Both the position numbers and the translations under genes were made by a program. Of a stretch of 64,000 bases of DNA, positions 35,791 through 45,300 are shown one piece after another (within the stretch, counting starts at the first letter, position 1; each line of letters starts with the position of its first letter). This DNA comes from an archaeon (GTDB taxonomy: Archaea > Nanobdellota > Nanobdellia > Pacearchaeales > GW2011-AR1). The stretch spans positions 568 to 64,567 of the forward strand of contig JAUWIJ010000001.1 in assembly GCA_030605415.1 (NCBI GenBank). The letters are read 5' to 3'. The notes under the pieces are model-generated. The model was not told the DNA's origin, did no database searches, and was given only the letters and a program-made list of their open reading frames with translations.

Positions 35791-36769
35791 CAAACATTCT
35801 CCAAACTAACATTCCCAAAAAAATCCCGGTTGTTATATATGGCATTGCAGGATAAGCTTTACCTTTTTCAGAAAATAAAAATATTGATGTCAGACCAATC
35901 AACGCTCCGCCTATTATAAAAAGCGCAGGAATTAATCCACCTATTCCAAACAAAACCTGATTCGGATAAGCCCACATAAATACACCCGCCGTGATTATCG
36001 GGAAAATGACATCGCCACCCCCAAGAATTGCAAGATTAACTTTGAACTTTTTATCCTTAATTTTCTTTGGCATTTTTTTATTTTTGTACTTTTGTTTTAT
36101 TTTCGCAATTTGATTTTTAACTTTTTTAGAGATAGACGGAACCAAAAAACCACCGAATATTTTTAACTCACTCATCTGAAACTTTGCCATTTTTTGCATA
36201 ATGCCCGAACGCCAGACTGCCCACATGTCGTAAATTGATATTAAAATTAAAAGCCCGATGATTGAAATTGGAGTTAAAATCGGGACAAATACAGCCGCGA
36301 TACCGGGATAAATTAAAAGTTCAGTTAGATTATGAGTGTAGGGATTTGGTTTAAATATTTTAAAGAAAGAGAGCGGGATTGCGATTGCCAGTGCGATAAC
36401 CGAGATATTTGTCAGCGTCGTGTATTTCAGAAAAGCATTAAACGCGATGCCGAGAGATAGTGTTACAACGAAGAAAAACCAAAGCCGGATTACCATTTTC
36501 CATTTATATTTCATTAGAATAAAAATAAGAGCGAAAGCCAACGCAAACGCGAAAACAATTGAAAGGAAACCCGGAGTCGGTTCGTCCTGAGGAGTTTGGA
36601 GACCAAACGGAAGACTGCCCTCGGTAAAAATAATTTCAGACTCGCCCGTCGCTGGATTAATCACTGTATGAGAAACTGGAGCGTAAGCATTAATGACAAA
36701 AACCCCAATGAACTGCGTTACTACGAACATACTTAACAGAATTAATGTTATAGAAATTTTGTGTTTCAC
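35783..36769 (-). CDS. Presenilin/signal-peptide-peptidase-like intramembrane aspartyl protease (A22 family)
   Basis: Multi-TM protein with ordered YD (SIYDMW), GxGD (LGGGDVIF) and PAL (LIPALFI) motifs. Confidence 0.5.
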   Translation of the reverse strand: MKHKISITLILLSMFVVTQFIGVFVINAYAPVSHTVINPATGESEIIFTEGSLPFGLQTPQDEPTPGFLSIVFAFALAFALIFILMKYKWKMVIRLWFFFVVTLSLGIAFNAFLKYTTLTNISVIALAIAIPLSFFKIFKPNPYTHNLTELLIYPGIAAVFVPILTPISIIGLLILISIYDMWAVWRSGIMQKMAKFQMSELKIFGGFLVPSISKKVKNQIAKIKQKYKNKKMPKKIKDKKFKVNLAILGGGDVIFPIITAGVFMWAYPNQVLFGIGGLIPALFIIGGALIGLTSIFLFSEKGKAYPAMPYITTGIFLGMLVWRMFVF

Positions 36770-36874
36770 TTTTACCTCTTAATTAAATCAAACAAACAAT
36801 GTTTTTAAGGGTTGGGATTGGATGTTAAAAACGACAGTAGTTAGTTATTTATATCTTGGTTTCTTAGTTTCTTT

Positions 36875-37441
36875 ATGGATAGAAAAATTGATGATAGAAA
36901 TATCTTAGATAAATTTGCTGAAGAATTTTGTGCCGTCGTGAATAGACATGTCAAATATATGATTGTGTCCGGATTTGCGGCAATTTCAAGTGGGAGGACG
37001 AGAGGAACAGAAGATATTGATATGATTATTGAAGTGATGCCAAAGGAAAAGTTTGTGGAGATGCATAACGATTTAGTAAAAAATAATTTTGAATGTATGC
37101 AATCTTCAAATCCCGAAGAAATTTTTGAGTTCTATTTGAAAGGGAAAAATAGTATTAGATATACATGGAAGGGGAAACATTTGCCTGAGATGGAAATTCA
37201 TTTTGCTAAAGATTCTGTTGATGAGTATCAGTTAGAAAGAAGAATAAAAATGAAAATTACAGGATTGAATATTTATTTTGCTTCGCTTGAGGGGAATATA
37301 GCGTTTAAAGAAGAATGGCTAAAGAGCGATAAAGATATTGAGGACGCAAGACATTTGAGAATTGTTTATTCCGATGAAATTAATGAAGAAGAAATTAATA
37401 AAATTAAGAAAATGATTAGGGACGTTAAGCATGAGAGATAA
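36875..37441 (+). CDS. Nucleotidyltransferase-fold protein (hypothetical)
   Basis: GFAAISSGRTRGTEDIDMII resembles minimal NTase. Confidence 0.3.
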   Translation: MDRKIDDRNILDKFAEEFCAVVNRHVKYMIVSGFAAISSGRTRGTEDIDMIIEVMPKEKFVEMHNDLVKNNFECMQSSNPEEIFEFYLKGKNSIRYTWKGKHLPEMEIHFAKDSVDEYQLERRIKMKITGLNIYFASLEGNIAFKEEWLKSDKDIEDARHLRIVYSDEINEEEINKIKKMIRDVKHER

Positions 37442-37653
37442 AACACATTTGGAGCAAATTGAGAGATGGGGTAAATTTGTTAAGGAAAATCCAGATAGTT
37501 GGAAAAAAGAACATACGCAGTTTATTGATGCTCAGATTGAAAAGTCGTGGAAATTTTATGAGAGATTGAAAAAGACTTCTGGTGGAGATGAGAAGATAAG
37601 GAAGCTGAGGGCGATTTAGATATTATAGCGATAATTTTATATATCACTAAATA

Positions 37654-38349
37654 ATGACTATATTTATGAGTTTAAGTTTGGCTGAACAAATAAAAGAAAC
37701 ATCTTGGGCATTGATGCTTGAAAGGATAGATGGAAAATCACAATTACCAATAAATCCATTTAATCAAGCAGATTTATCTTTCGATTATTCTAAAGTTAAT
37801 TTAAAATATCACGCAAGTGCAAATCCCGATGATGAAATTATTTTATACAAAGGTACACCAAGAGGATATGAAAGTAAGGGGTTATTGTCTATGGCTTTAA
37901 GTAGGGGATTAACAAGTCATGTTGCAGAAGTTAAAGATATCATTGAAAATGGGAATAATAATTTAATATATGAATTATTTAATGAGCACACATCATACTA
38001 TCATCATACAGCATTATTGTCGGCGACATTTAATCCTGAAGAGGCACAAGTATTCGCACCAACTCATCCGATTACAAAAAAAAAGAAAGATAATACAATT
38101 TATCAACTTAGAATAAAAACAAATAGGTGTGTTCTTGATTGTTATGACACAGGTAATTGTGGTTTGAGCAAAGAATTACTAATTCTTGGAGCGATATTTC
38201 CTGAAGAGATTTCTGCCGTAAAAATAGATAATGATGAGCATCATTCTGAATTGCTCTCTCTATGTGGTCATTACATAAAGTGGCATCCAAATAAAGATTC
38301 TAGAAATACGAATGTAAAGAATACGGCAAATTGGAAGTATTTGAAATAA
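37654..38349 (+). CDS. Hypothetical protein
   Basis: ORF only. No confident motif. Confidence 0.25.
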   Translation: MTIFMSLSLAEQIKETSWALMLERIDGKSQLPINPFNQADLSFDYSKVNLKYHASANPDDEIILYKGTPRGYESKGLLSMALSRGLTSHVAEVKDIIENGNNNLIYELFNEHTSYYHHTALLSATFNPEEAQVFAPTHPITKKKKDNTIYQLRIKTNRCVLDCYDTGNCGLSKELLILGAIFPEEISAVKIDNDEHHSELLSLCGHYIKWHPNKDSRNTNVKNTANWKYLK

Positions 38350-38351
38350 CC

Positions 38352-40241
38352 TCACCTCAACCTAATCGTCTCCAAATTTTTAGGTACGGTTGTTTCAACT
38401 CGTTGAGATTTGTAAATACTTGACGCCAAATCCAAACACTTAGACTGCTCGCCGTGATTGATAATAATTTTTTTCGGCTTCGGATTTATATTATTTACAA
38501 ATGCCATTAGTTCGTTCCGAGATGAGTGTCCAGAAAATCCGTCAATACTCAAAAACTTTAATTTAATCGGAACGACCTCTTCTTTTCCGTTTACATTAAA
38601 CCTCGCCTCCTTCAATCCTTCCTTAAGTTGTCGGCCAAGTCCTTTCGGTGGCTGATAACAAGATAGACAGAGCCCATTGTTTGGACTATCTGCGAATTCT
38701 CTTAAATATTCAACCGATGCACCGCCGACAAGCATTCCCGATGTTGCCAGAACGATACACGGTCCGCCCTCAATTACATTCTTTCGTTCGTGTGGCGAGC
38801 CGACCTGACTAAATACTTCTGATACAAATGGATTCTTGTCTGCAAAAATACTTGCCCGAAGTGAATTCGACAAAAAATCAGGATACGCAGTATGAACCGC
38901 ATTGATATCCCAAATCATTCCGTCAATATAAATCGGAACCTTCGGAATTTTCCCGTTTTGCATCGCATCGTCCAGCAAAAGCATTTTCTCCTGAGCGTGA
39001 CCAGTTCCCAATTCGGGAAGCAACACTTTCCCGCCATTTGACACAACATCATTTACAAAATTAAGCAACTCTTCTTCAGATTCTTTTCGCGGAGGGTAAT
39101 TATTATCTCTACCACCATATGTCGCTTCAAGTTGCAGAGTTTCTAATCTTGGAAAATAAGATGTTGCGGATTCCAACGAACGCGATTTGCCGAATTTTAT
39201 GTCGCCAGAGTAAACGTAATTATGCAGTCCGTTTCCGATGTTAAAATGTATCATCGCGGAACCCAGTGTGTGACCGGCGTTGTAAAACGTGATTCGGATA
39301 TCAGGTGTAATATCAGTTACCTCCTGATAATTCAGCGTGATTGAATGCTTCACCATATTCCGAACATCAGACGATTTAAACAAAGGAGCGGCGGCTTGTT
39401 TATAAGCCACGCCAATAAAATCAAGTGCCATTAGCGCAGAAATATCCCGCGTCGGAGCGGTCATATAAACCGGACCTTTATATCCCATTTTGTACAAGTA
39501 GGGAATTAACCCTGAATGGTCAAGGTGCGCGTGCGACAAAATTACCGCATCAAGCGTTGACAAGTCCAGTTCCGGAGCTTCAAGATATGGATATTTATCT
39601 TTGCCACTTGAAGATACGTCCACACCACAATCAATTAACACTTTAGAAATCGGAGTTTGTAAAAGAAAACAACTTCGTCCAACCTGCCGTCCGCCCCCAA
39701 GTACCGTAATCCGAATCCATTCTTCTATTTTATCGGGGTTCCATCCCTTGTAAATTTTTTCACCAATACTATTTAAGAATTTTTTCCTGTAAGAATTATC
39801 CTGATACAGAACCTCTCTTATTTTGTCTGTGATTTTCGATTTAATCGCGGCCGAACGTTGAACTTGCGGAGTCCATAAAGTTTCGGCCTTAACTTCTTGT
39901 AAAACCGAGCCACCCTTCCCAATTGCCAATCCCGGTCTTTTCGCCTCGATAATCACTATGCTTCGCTGCGGGTCAAAAATTAATTGTGTCAGCTCGGCCT
40001 CTTTCGGAATTATATCTCGGATTTTTGCCTCAGTCTCTTCTTGCGGTACCAACAACGACTTATCCGCCCGCAATTCGACTCGTTTCTTAATTATATTTAC
40101 AATTTCTTTAATCTGGGAATCGCCACTTTTGAAAAACGCCACGTCGGTAGTATAAACTACAATATTAGCACCTTCAAATATCGACGAACCAATCACGCCC
40201 CGCGGTAATTGATTCTCTATTGTTTTTAGAATATCCGCCAT
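38352..40241 (-). CDS. aCPSF1/FttA (KH + metallo-beta-lactamase + beta-CASP RNase)
   Basis: N-terminal KH region. HAHLDHSG MBL motif. ~630 aa, typical of archaeal CPSF1. Confidence 0.9.
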   Translation of the reverse strand: MADILKTIENQLPRGVIGSSIFEGANIVVYTTDVAFFKSGDSQIKEIVNIIKKRVELRADKSLLVPQEETEAKIRDIIPKEAELTQLIFDPQRSIVIIEAKRPGLAIGKGGSVLQEVKAETLWTPQVQRSAAIKSKITDKIREVLYQDNSYRKKFLNSIGEKIYKGWNPDKIEEWIRITVLGGGRQVGRSCFLLQTPISKVLIDCGVDVSSSGKDKYPYLEAPELDLSTLDAVILSHAHLDHSGLIPYLYKMGYKGPVYMTAPTRDISALMALDFIGVAYKQAAAPLFKSSDVRNMVKHSITLNYQEVTDITPDIRITFYNAGHTLGSAMIHFNIGNGLHNYVYSGDIKFGKSRSLESATSYFPRLETLQLEATYGGRDNNYPPRKESEEELLNFVNDVVSNGGKVLLPELGTGHAQEKMLLLDDAMQNGKIPKVPIYIDGMIWDINAVHTAYPDFLSNSLRASIFADKNPFVSEVFSQVGSPHERKNVIEGGPCIVLATSGMLVGGASVEYLREFADSPNNGLCLSCYQPPKGLGRQLKEGLKEARFNVNGKEEVVPIKLKFLSIDGFSGHSSRNELMAFVNNINPKPKKIIINHGEQSKCLDLASSIYKSQRVETTVPKNLETIRLR

Positions 40242-40247
40242 TTTAAA

Positions 40248-40913
40248 TTAATTATGTTCTTCATAAACCGCTTCGCTCTTTTGTTTCGAAACTTGTTTTA
40301 TTCCGTCTTTTGTAATTGTAAAAACATCAACACCACATCCCGAAGCAGTGTCTCTTTCCGAGGAAGCTTTAATTGCTTCAATCGCCAAAACAACTCCCTC
40401 TTCGATTGATAGGTCTTTTTTATATGATTTCTCCAAAAGCCCCAAAATATACGGCATTCCTGAAGAAAAATTTGCATCGAAGTCTTTTACTTTCATTACG
40501 CTACCAGCTGGTTCAATAGAATAGAGTTCCGTTGCGCCATCTTCATTTAGTCCGCCAACCATTAAGCCCGCAATAAATTGAATCATCGTGGGCTGACGAA
40601 TATTTTTGTAGTTCATTGCAGCAATCAGGTTTGCTGCTTCCTTAACTGTAGGTCTTTTTTTATCTCGTAATTCTTTGATTTTTAATTGGGCTTTTGCTAA
40701 TTTTTGTAACATATCTATATCCGAAGAAACTCCAGTTCCAGAAGTAATTAGATATTCATTAATTGGTATAATTTTATCTGCATTTTTATTCATTACAACT
40801 TGCCCGCCAGCCGTTGCCCGCCTGTCGCCTGCCATAACCACGCCGTCTTTACACACTATTCCAACTAAGCTCGTACCGCTTGACAAAATATTTTTTTTCA
40901 AATCCGTATCCAT
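40248..40913 (-). CDS. psmB: Proteasome subunit beta
   Basis: Propeptide then TTLVGIVCKDGVVMAGDRRAT active-site N-terminus. Confidence 0.85.
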   Translation of the reverse strand: MDTDLKKNILSSGTSLVGIVCKDGVVMAGDRRATAGGQVVMNKNADKIIPINEYLITSGTGVSSDIDMLQKLAKAQLKIKELRDKKRPTVKEAANLIAAMNYKNIRQPTMIQFIAGLMVGGLNEDGATELYSIEPAGSVMKVKDFDANFSSGMPYILGLLEKSYKKDLSIEEGVVLAIEAIKASSERDTASGCGVDVFTITKDGIKQVSKQKSEAVYEEHN

Positions 40914-41033
40914 TTTAGAATTGTAGAGTAATCTCTAGAATTTATATTAATTCTTATTTTATTTTATTTATAAGGCTTTCGGTGGAAATTCTCTCGTGTA
41001 AATTTTTATAAAGGAGGTTATCATGAAAATTCT

Positions 41034-41435
41034 ATGAATTATGAGACTTTATTAGATAAAGCGTATGAAAATGTTAAGGCGACTGTTGAGTGCGGACGAT
41101 TTGAGATTTTGAAAGTTAAAGGACATCACGAGGGAACACGGACGGTGATTTCGAATTTTATGCAGGTCGCCATGTGCGTCAGACGGACACCAGAGCATTT
41201 ATTAAAATTTTTAACCAAAGAACTAGCCAGCTCAGGAGAAATCAAAGGAGAAAGACTAATTTTATCACGAAGATTGTCCAGTAAAGATATTAACGAAAAA
41301 ATTGAAAAATATGTAAATCGATTTGTGCTATGTCCAAAATGCAAAAAACCTGATACTGAGTTAAATGAAGAAAAAGGCAAGATGTTTTTGAGGTGTTTAG
41401 CGTGTGGAGAGAAACAAGAAATTCAAAAGATTTAA
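41034..41435 (+). CDS. Translation initiation factor aIF-2 beta
   Basis: C-terminal Zn ribbon CPKCKKPDTEL...CLACG. Size ~135 aa. Confidence 0.8.
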   Translation: MNYETLLDKAYENVKATVECGRFEILKVKGHHEGTRTVISNFMQVAMCVRRTPEHLLKFLTKELASSGEIKGERLILSRRLSSKDINEKIEKYVNRFVLCPKCKKPDTELNEEKGKMFLRCLACGEKQEIQKI

Positions 41436-41466
41436 CTTAAGAAATTAAATAAAATAGGAGGTAAAA

Positions 41467-41661
41467 ATGACAATTGAAGGAAGATGTATGAGATGTAAAG
41501 AACAAAAAGCTATGAAAGACGTTAAGATGACAAAAACGTCTCGTGGTGGCTTTATGGCTAAAGGAAAGTGTTCTGTATGCGGATGTGGCATGTGCAGAAT
41601 CATGTCTAAGGATAACGCCGAAAAAGCAGTAGCCGACGGCGAAGCCAAGAAAGCTTATTAG
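41467..41661 (+). CDS. Small Zn-ribbon protein
   Basis: CMRC...CSVCGCGMC. 64 aa. SD-like GGAGGT upstream. Confidence 0.3.
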   Translation: MTIEGRCMRCKEQKAMKDVKMTKTSRGGFMAKGKCSVCGCGMCRIMSKDNAEKAVADGEAKKAY

Positions 41662-41766
41662 TTTTTATTTTAATAATTCCCCTAGGGAGTGGGGAATTTA
41701 ATTTTTTTATAAATTTAATCTAAATAATATTAAACATCCAAAGATAATAAAAAAAAGTGGAAGGAA

Positions 41767-41833
41767 AACGACCGAAGTCGTTAACCAACCGATTATTTAA
41801 CCGAAGTTAAACAATATTCAACCGAAGTTGAAT
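41767..41833 (+). ncRNA. Three tandem hairpins with identical CGAA loops and covarying stems
   Basis: aacgac-cgaa-gtcgtt (41767-41782). tttaac-cgaa-gttaaa (41796-41811). attcaac-cgaa-gttgaat (41816-41833). Perfect stems of different sequence around a constant C-CGAA-G core. Confidence 0.35.
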
Positions 41834-41866
41834 AATAAACAATAAACAATTGAGTATATAAACATT

Positions 41867-42217
41867 TTGGTCGAACGATTATTTTATAAAGTCGTGAATT
41901 TTGTTTTTATTATGGGAAAAATTTTATTGAAGATTCACAAATCGTATCGATGGGTCGTTGCCGTTTGCGATGAAGACATTTTTGGACGGAAGCTCGTCGA
42001 TGGAAAGCGAGTCATAGATGTAAGCGGGGAATTTTTTAATGGCAAGGAAATGAATAATAAAGAAGTAGCGACGGAAATTATAAGGTGCAACCGTGAAGAC
42101 GCGACTTTTAATCTTGTTGGAGAAAATTCAGTCAGAATTGCAAAAGAACTAGGAATTATAAAAAACGAAGGCATCGTCAGCATCGACGGAGTTCCGTTTG
42201 CATTAGTTTTACTGTGA
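41867..42217 (+). CDS. Conserved archaeal hypothetical (DUF424-like?)
   Basis: ORF of ~110 aa. Weak recollection only. Confidence 0.25.
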   Translation: MVERLFYKVVNFVFIMGKILLKIHKSYRWVVAVCDEDIFGRKLVDGKRVIDVSGEFFNGKEMNNKEVATEIIRCNREDATFNLVGENSVRIAKELGIIKNEGIVSIDGVPFALVLL

Positions 42218-42264
42218 CATAATTTTCTGGGTAGTTTTATAAAGCGATTTCTTTTTATCTAATT

Positions 42265-42621
42265 ATGGCATTTAGTAAATTTAAAGATAAGTCAAAAAAG
42301 AACAAAGAAAGAGTTTTTGTTCCGGGACAAGAAGGACCAGTCCGAGTGAAGCTACCGCACGGGCGCGAGATTATCGGAATTATTACACAGAGATGTGGTG
42401 CGAGCCGAATGATGGTTTCATGTATGGACGGTAAAACAAGAAATTGCCGAGTGCCCGGCAGAAAGAGAAGAGGATTATGGCTAAGAGAAGGAGACGCGAT
42501 TATCATTGAGCCGTGGGAATTTGATGATGACAAGGGAGATGTCTTGTTTAAATATACAATAAATCAAGTTACGAAGCTGAAGCAGATGGGGAAGCTAACT
42601 ACTGATGAAAATGAGTTTTAA
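42265..42621 (+). CDS. Translation initiation factor aIF-1A
   Basis: S1-like fold sequence VRVKLPHGREIIGIITQRCGASRMMVSCMDGKTRNCRVPGRKRRGLWLREGD. Confidence 0.85.
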   Translation: MAFSKFKDKSKKNKERVFVPGQEGPVRVKLPHGREIIGIITQRCGASRMMVSCMDGKTRNCRVPGRKRRGLWLREGDAIIIEPWEFDDDKGDVLFKYTINQVTKLKQMGKLTTDENEF

Positions 42622-42671
42622 TTCTTCCGAATACTAACATAGTTTTAAAAGTTTGATATCTGTTAAATGGT

Positions 42672-42947
42672 ATGAGATTGAGAAATAGCGCCTTGGTTTT
42701 GTTGTTAGTTATGTCGATTGGTGCGGCTGGTTGTGTGAAATCCGAGAAACGGAATCCTTATAGTCAGGTGCCTACGAACCCTCAAGAGTATCAACGATTT
42801 ATAGATACTAAACGTCATTATGATAACCAGACGCGCAAAGGGAAATGGGCGGGGCAGTATAAATCCGGTAAGCCAATACGCAGAATACCGACTGAGTCGT
42901 ATAATGGATATCGAAGTTTAAAGAGGGGAATAAAGAGAGGATATTAA
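42672..42947 (+). CDS. Small putative lipoprotein
   Basis: Signal peptide with lipobox-like IGAAGC. Confidence 0.3.
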   Translation: MRLRNSALVLLLVMSIGAAGCVKSEKRNPYSQVPTNPQEYQRFIDTKRHYDNQTRKGKWAGQYKSGKPIRRIPTESYNGYRSLKRGIKRGY

Positions 42948-42986
42948 ATCCCACAATCTTATAAACTTCTTTTTATTTATTGTAAT

Positions 42987-43514
42987 ATGAGAAATGTGTT
43001 AGTTAATAATATGCAGAAGGTCAAGAAAGCTGTGCCTGTAATCGAAAATAAAGTTAAAGTTAAAATTGGCTTCGGAAAAGAAACTATTAGTATTAAAAGC
43101 ACAGAGCTAAACGAATATTTAATTGAACAAGTTATTCGGGCGGTTGATTTTGGATTTTGTGCTGATGATGCGTTGTTATTAATTAATGAGGATTTCGTTT
43201 TGGAATTTATTGAGGTTAAAGAACACACAAGACGAAAGAATTTGAAAGATGTCCGGGCGCGATTGATTGGAACGGGGGGAAAAGCGCGGAAGACAATTGA
43301 AAACCTGACCGGAGCGGAAATTGTTATTCATGGAAACACCGTCGGTGTAATCGTTGATTCAATTCATTTGGACGCAGTTGTGCAAGCAATAGAATCATTA
43401 ATTCAGGGAGCCAAACACGGGAATGTTTTTGCGTATTTAGAAAAACAGAACATCTCAAGACGAAAATTTGAGGAAGATGATTTAGGTTTGAAGAAAGGAG
43501 TTAAGACAGATTAA
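42987..43514 (+). CDS. KH-domain RNA-binding protein (Dim2/Pno1-like)
   Basis: Two KH-like segments, including IGTGGKARKTIENLTGAEIVI. Confidence 0.6.
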   Translation: MRNVLVNNMQKVKKAVPVIENKVKVKIGFGKETISIKSTELNEYLIEQVIRAVDFGFCADDALLLINEDFVLEFIEVKEHTRRKNLKDVRARLIGTGGKARKTIENLTGAEIVIHGNTVGVIVDSIHLDAVVQAIESLIQGAKHGNVFAYLEKQNISRRKFEEDDLGLKKGVKTD

Positions 43515-43562
43515 GAACGAGATTAGTTAGTTTTAAAAATGATTTAAATTTCTATTTATTAT

Positions 43563-43665
43563 GCTTTCGTAGCTCAGCAGGTAGAGCGCACGGCTGTTAC
43601 ATGGGTTTGCTTTGGTAGATTTTGCAGAGACCGTGATGTCGGAGGTTCGAGTCCTCCCGAAAGCG
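43563..43665 (+). tRNA. tRNA-Asn(GUU) with ~30-nt intron in the anticodon loop
   Basis: Hand fold. Acceptor GCTTTCG/CGAAAGC. D arm GCTC-AGCAGGTA-GAGC. Anticodon stem CACGG/CCGTG with loop CTGTTA + intron (43600-43629) + A. T arm GGAGG-TTCGAGT-CCTCC. Discriminator G. No encoded CCA. Confidence 0.75.
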
Positions 43666-44215
43666 TAGCTGAGTCGAACCGACGACGTCGGAGGCGAAAA
43701 CCTTTGCTCGAATTTTGCACAAACAGAAATATATCGCAAAATTTCAGAGTGAAGTTTGAGTAGAGTCCTCCCGAAAGCGTAGCTGAGTAGGACATCGAAC
43801 CGTAGACGTCGGAGGCGAGCAATTTACTCGAATTTTTCTCAACAAGAAAATAAAATCGACAAAATTTCAGTGTGCCCCGCCCAGTTTCAAATATATTTGG
43901 TAGGGTATAGAGTGAAGTTTGAGTAGAGTCCTCCCGAAAGCGTAGCTGAGTAGGACATCGAACCGTAGATTGTCGGTGTGAGTTTCGAGCTGTTTGACTA
44001 AATCCAAATACACAAATTGCTCGGAACGAAAGAAAATCTTTGCTCCTCGCAGAGGTTCCTGTGACCCTTGTGGTTACGAATTTTGTCTAAAAAATAAAAA
44101 TAAAATCGACAAAATTTCAGTATGCCCCGCCCAGTTTCAAATATATTTGGTAGGGTATAGAGTGAAGTTTGAGCAGAGTCCTCCCCGAAGTGTAGTTAAG
44201 TCAAACCGACGACGT
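43666..44215. repeat. Array of three degenerate copies of the tRNA-Asn 3' end with ~240-nt duplicated spacer
   Basis: gagtcctcccgaaagcgtagctgagt recurs at ~43757, ~43927 and ~44175 (last copy degenerate). Spacer 43838-43960 duplicates 44090-44200 (aaaataaaatcgacaaaatttcagt.tgccccgcccagtttcaaatatatttggtagggtatagagtgaagtttgag). Confidence 0.7.
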
Positions 44216-44271
44216 CTAACACCCAAACCAATTTCCAAATAATTTATAAACTTCTTTTTCTATTTTATTCT

Positions 44272-44838
44272 ATGAAATTAGATGATGCAATCAAACAAAG
44301 AAGGAGTGTTCGACGATTTGATTTGAAGAAACCAGATTGGCAGAAAATTATTCGGGCAATTGATTCGGCACGTTTTGCTCCATGTGCGGGGAACCAATTT
44401 GTAACAAAATTTATTTTAGTTTCGGATGAGAAGAAAATAAAAGAATTAGCGACGGCATCTCAGCAAAATTTTGTCGGAACCGCCAAATACATTGTCGTCG
44501 CTATTTCAGACGATTCTAATTTAATTAGGGATTATGACAAGAGGGGAACTCGTTATTGTGCACAACAGGCAGGAGCGGCGATTGAAAATTTTTTATTAGC
44601 CCTAATGGATCAAAAGTTAGTGACGACGTGGGTTGGGCATTTTTATGAAGAACAAGTCAGAAGAACTTTAGGCATTCCCGAAGGTCTACATATTGAAGCA
44701 CTTTTTCCGATTGGCATTGAGACTAAGATAAAAACAAGAGAGAAAAGAAAAATAAATTTAGACCACATTCTTTATTTCGATAAATGGAAGAATAATAAAA
44801 TGGCGCCGATGATTAAAGTAAGTAAGGAAGCTATTTAA
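44272..44838 (+). CDS. Nitroreductase family protein
   Basis: KQRRSVRRF...FAPCAGNQ motif. Confidence 0.7.
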   Translation: MKLDDAIKQRRSVRRFDLKKPDWQKIIRAIDSARFAPCAGNQFVTKFILVSDEKKIKELATASQQNFVGTAKYIVVAISDDSNLIRDYDKRGTRYCAQQAGAAIENFLLALMDQKLVTTWVGHFYEEQVRRTLGIPEGLHIEALFPIGIETKIKTREKRKINLDHILYFDKWKNNKMAPMIKVSKEAI

Positions 44839-44884
44839 TTTAATTTTAATTTTTAGCGAAAATAAAAATAATTGTTTATAAAAA

Positions 44885-45169
44885 CTAATAATTAAAATTC
44901 TTTTCAAATAATAAGTAAGGTTGATTTTTTACCATATTGCATATATCTTCTTTAAATGAAACAATATAGGATAAAAAAGAAGCTTTATCGTTGTAAGAAT
45001 TGTTTTCGTCATACATTCTATTTTGAGAGAAGCAAAACCATTGTTTTAATGCGAATTCTTGTCCCAATATCTTAGATGAAGGGATGTTTAGATAACTTCT
45101 TTCATTGGTAACAAGAAGTTCGATTCTTTTTTGCAAAAAACTTTTCTTGTTTACATCAATTTTTTCCAT
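44885..45169 (-). CDS. Hypothetical protein
   Basis: ORF only. Confidence 0.2.
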   Translation of the reverse strand: MEKIDVNKKSFLQKRIELLVTNERSYLNIPSSKILGQEFALKQWFCFSQNRMYDENNSYNDKASFLSYIVSFKEDICNMVKNQPYLLFEKNFNY

Positions 45170-45300
45170 TTAAATATAATTCCTGAATTTATCATTAATA
45201 TATTCACATCCGTAGAGTATATAAAAATTGTGGTAACAAAATCCAACCCTCTGCTCGTAAGAGCAGAGGAATAAAAATAAAAATAAAAATATTTTTTGAC

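Noticed and set aside
35783-36769. Alternative assignment of the polytopic Asp-protease-like protein as type IV prepilin peptidase (PibD/FlaK, GGGDV motif).
   Set aside because: Presence of YD upstream and a PAL motif downstream of GxGD, in that order, fits the presenilin/SPP A22 pattern better than A24, where the first Asp is near the N-terminus and GGGDVKL is typical. It is kept as A22-like with moderate confidence.
37654-38349. Possible ADP-ribosyltransferase toxin (R…S-x-S…E-x-E-like spacing: TPRGY, SATF, PEE).
   Set aside because: The motif spacing and context are too loose. There is no partner immunity gene and no other fold evidence, so it is left as hypothetical.
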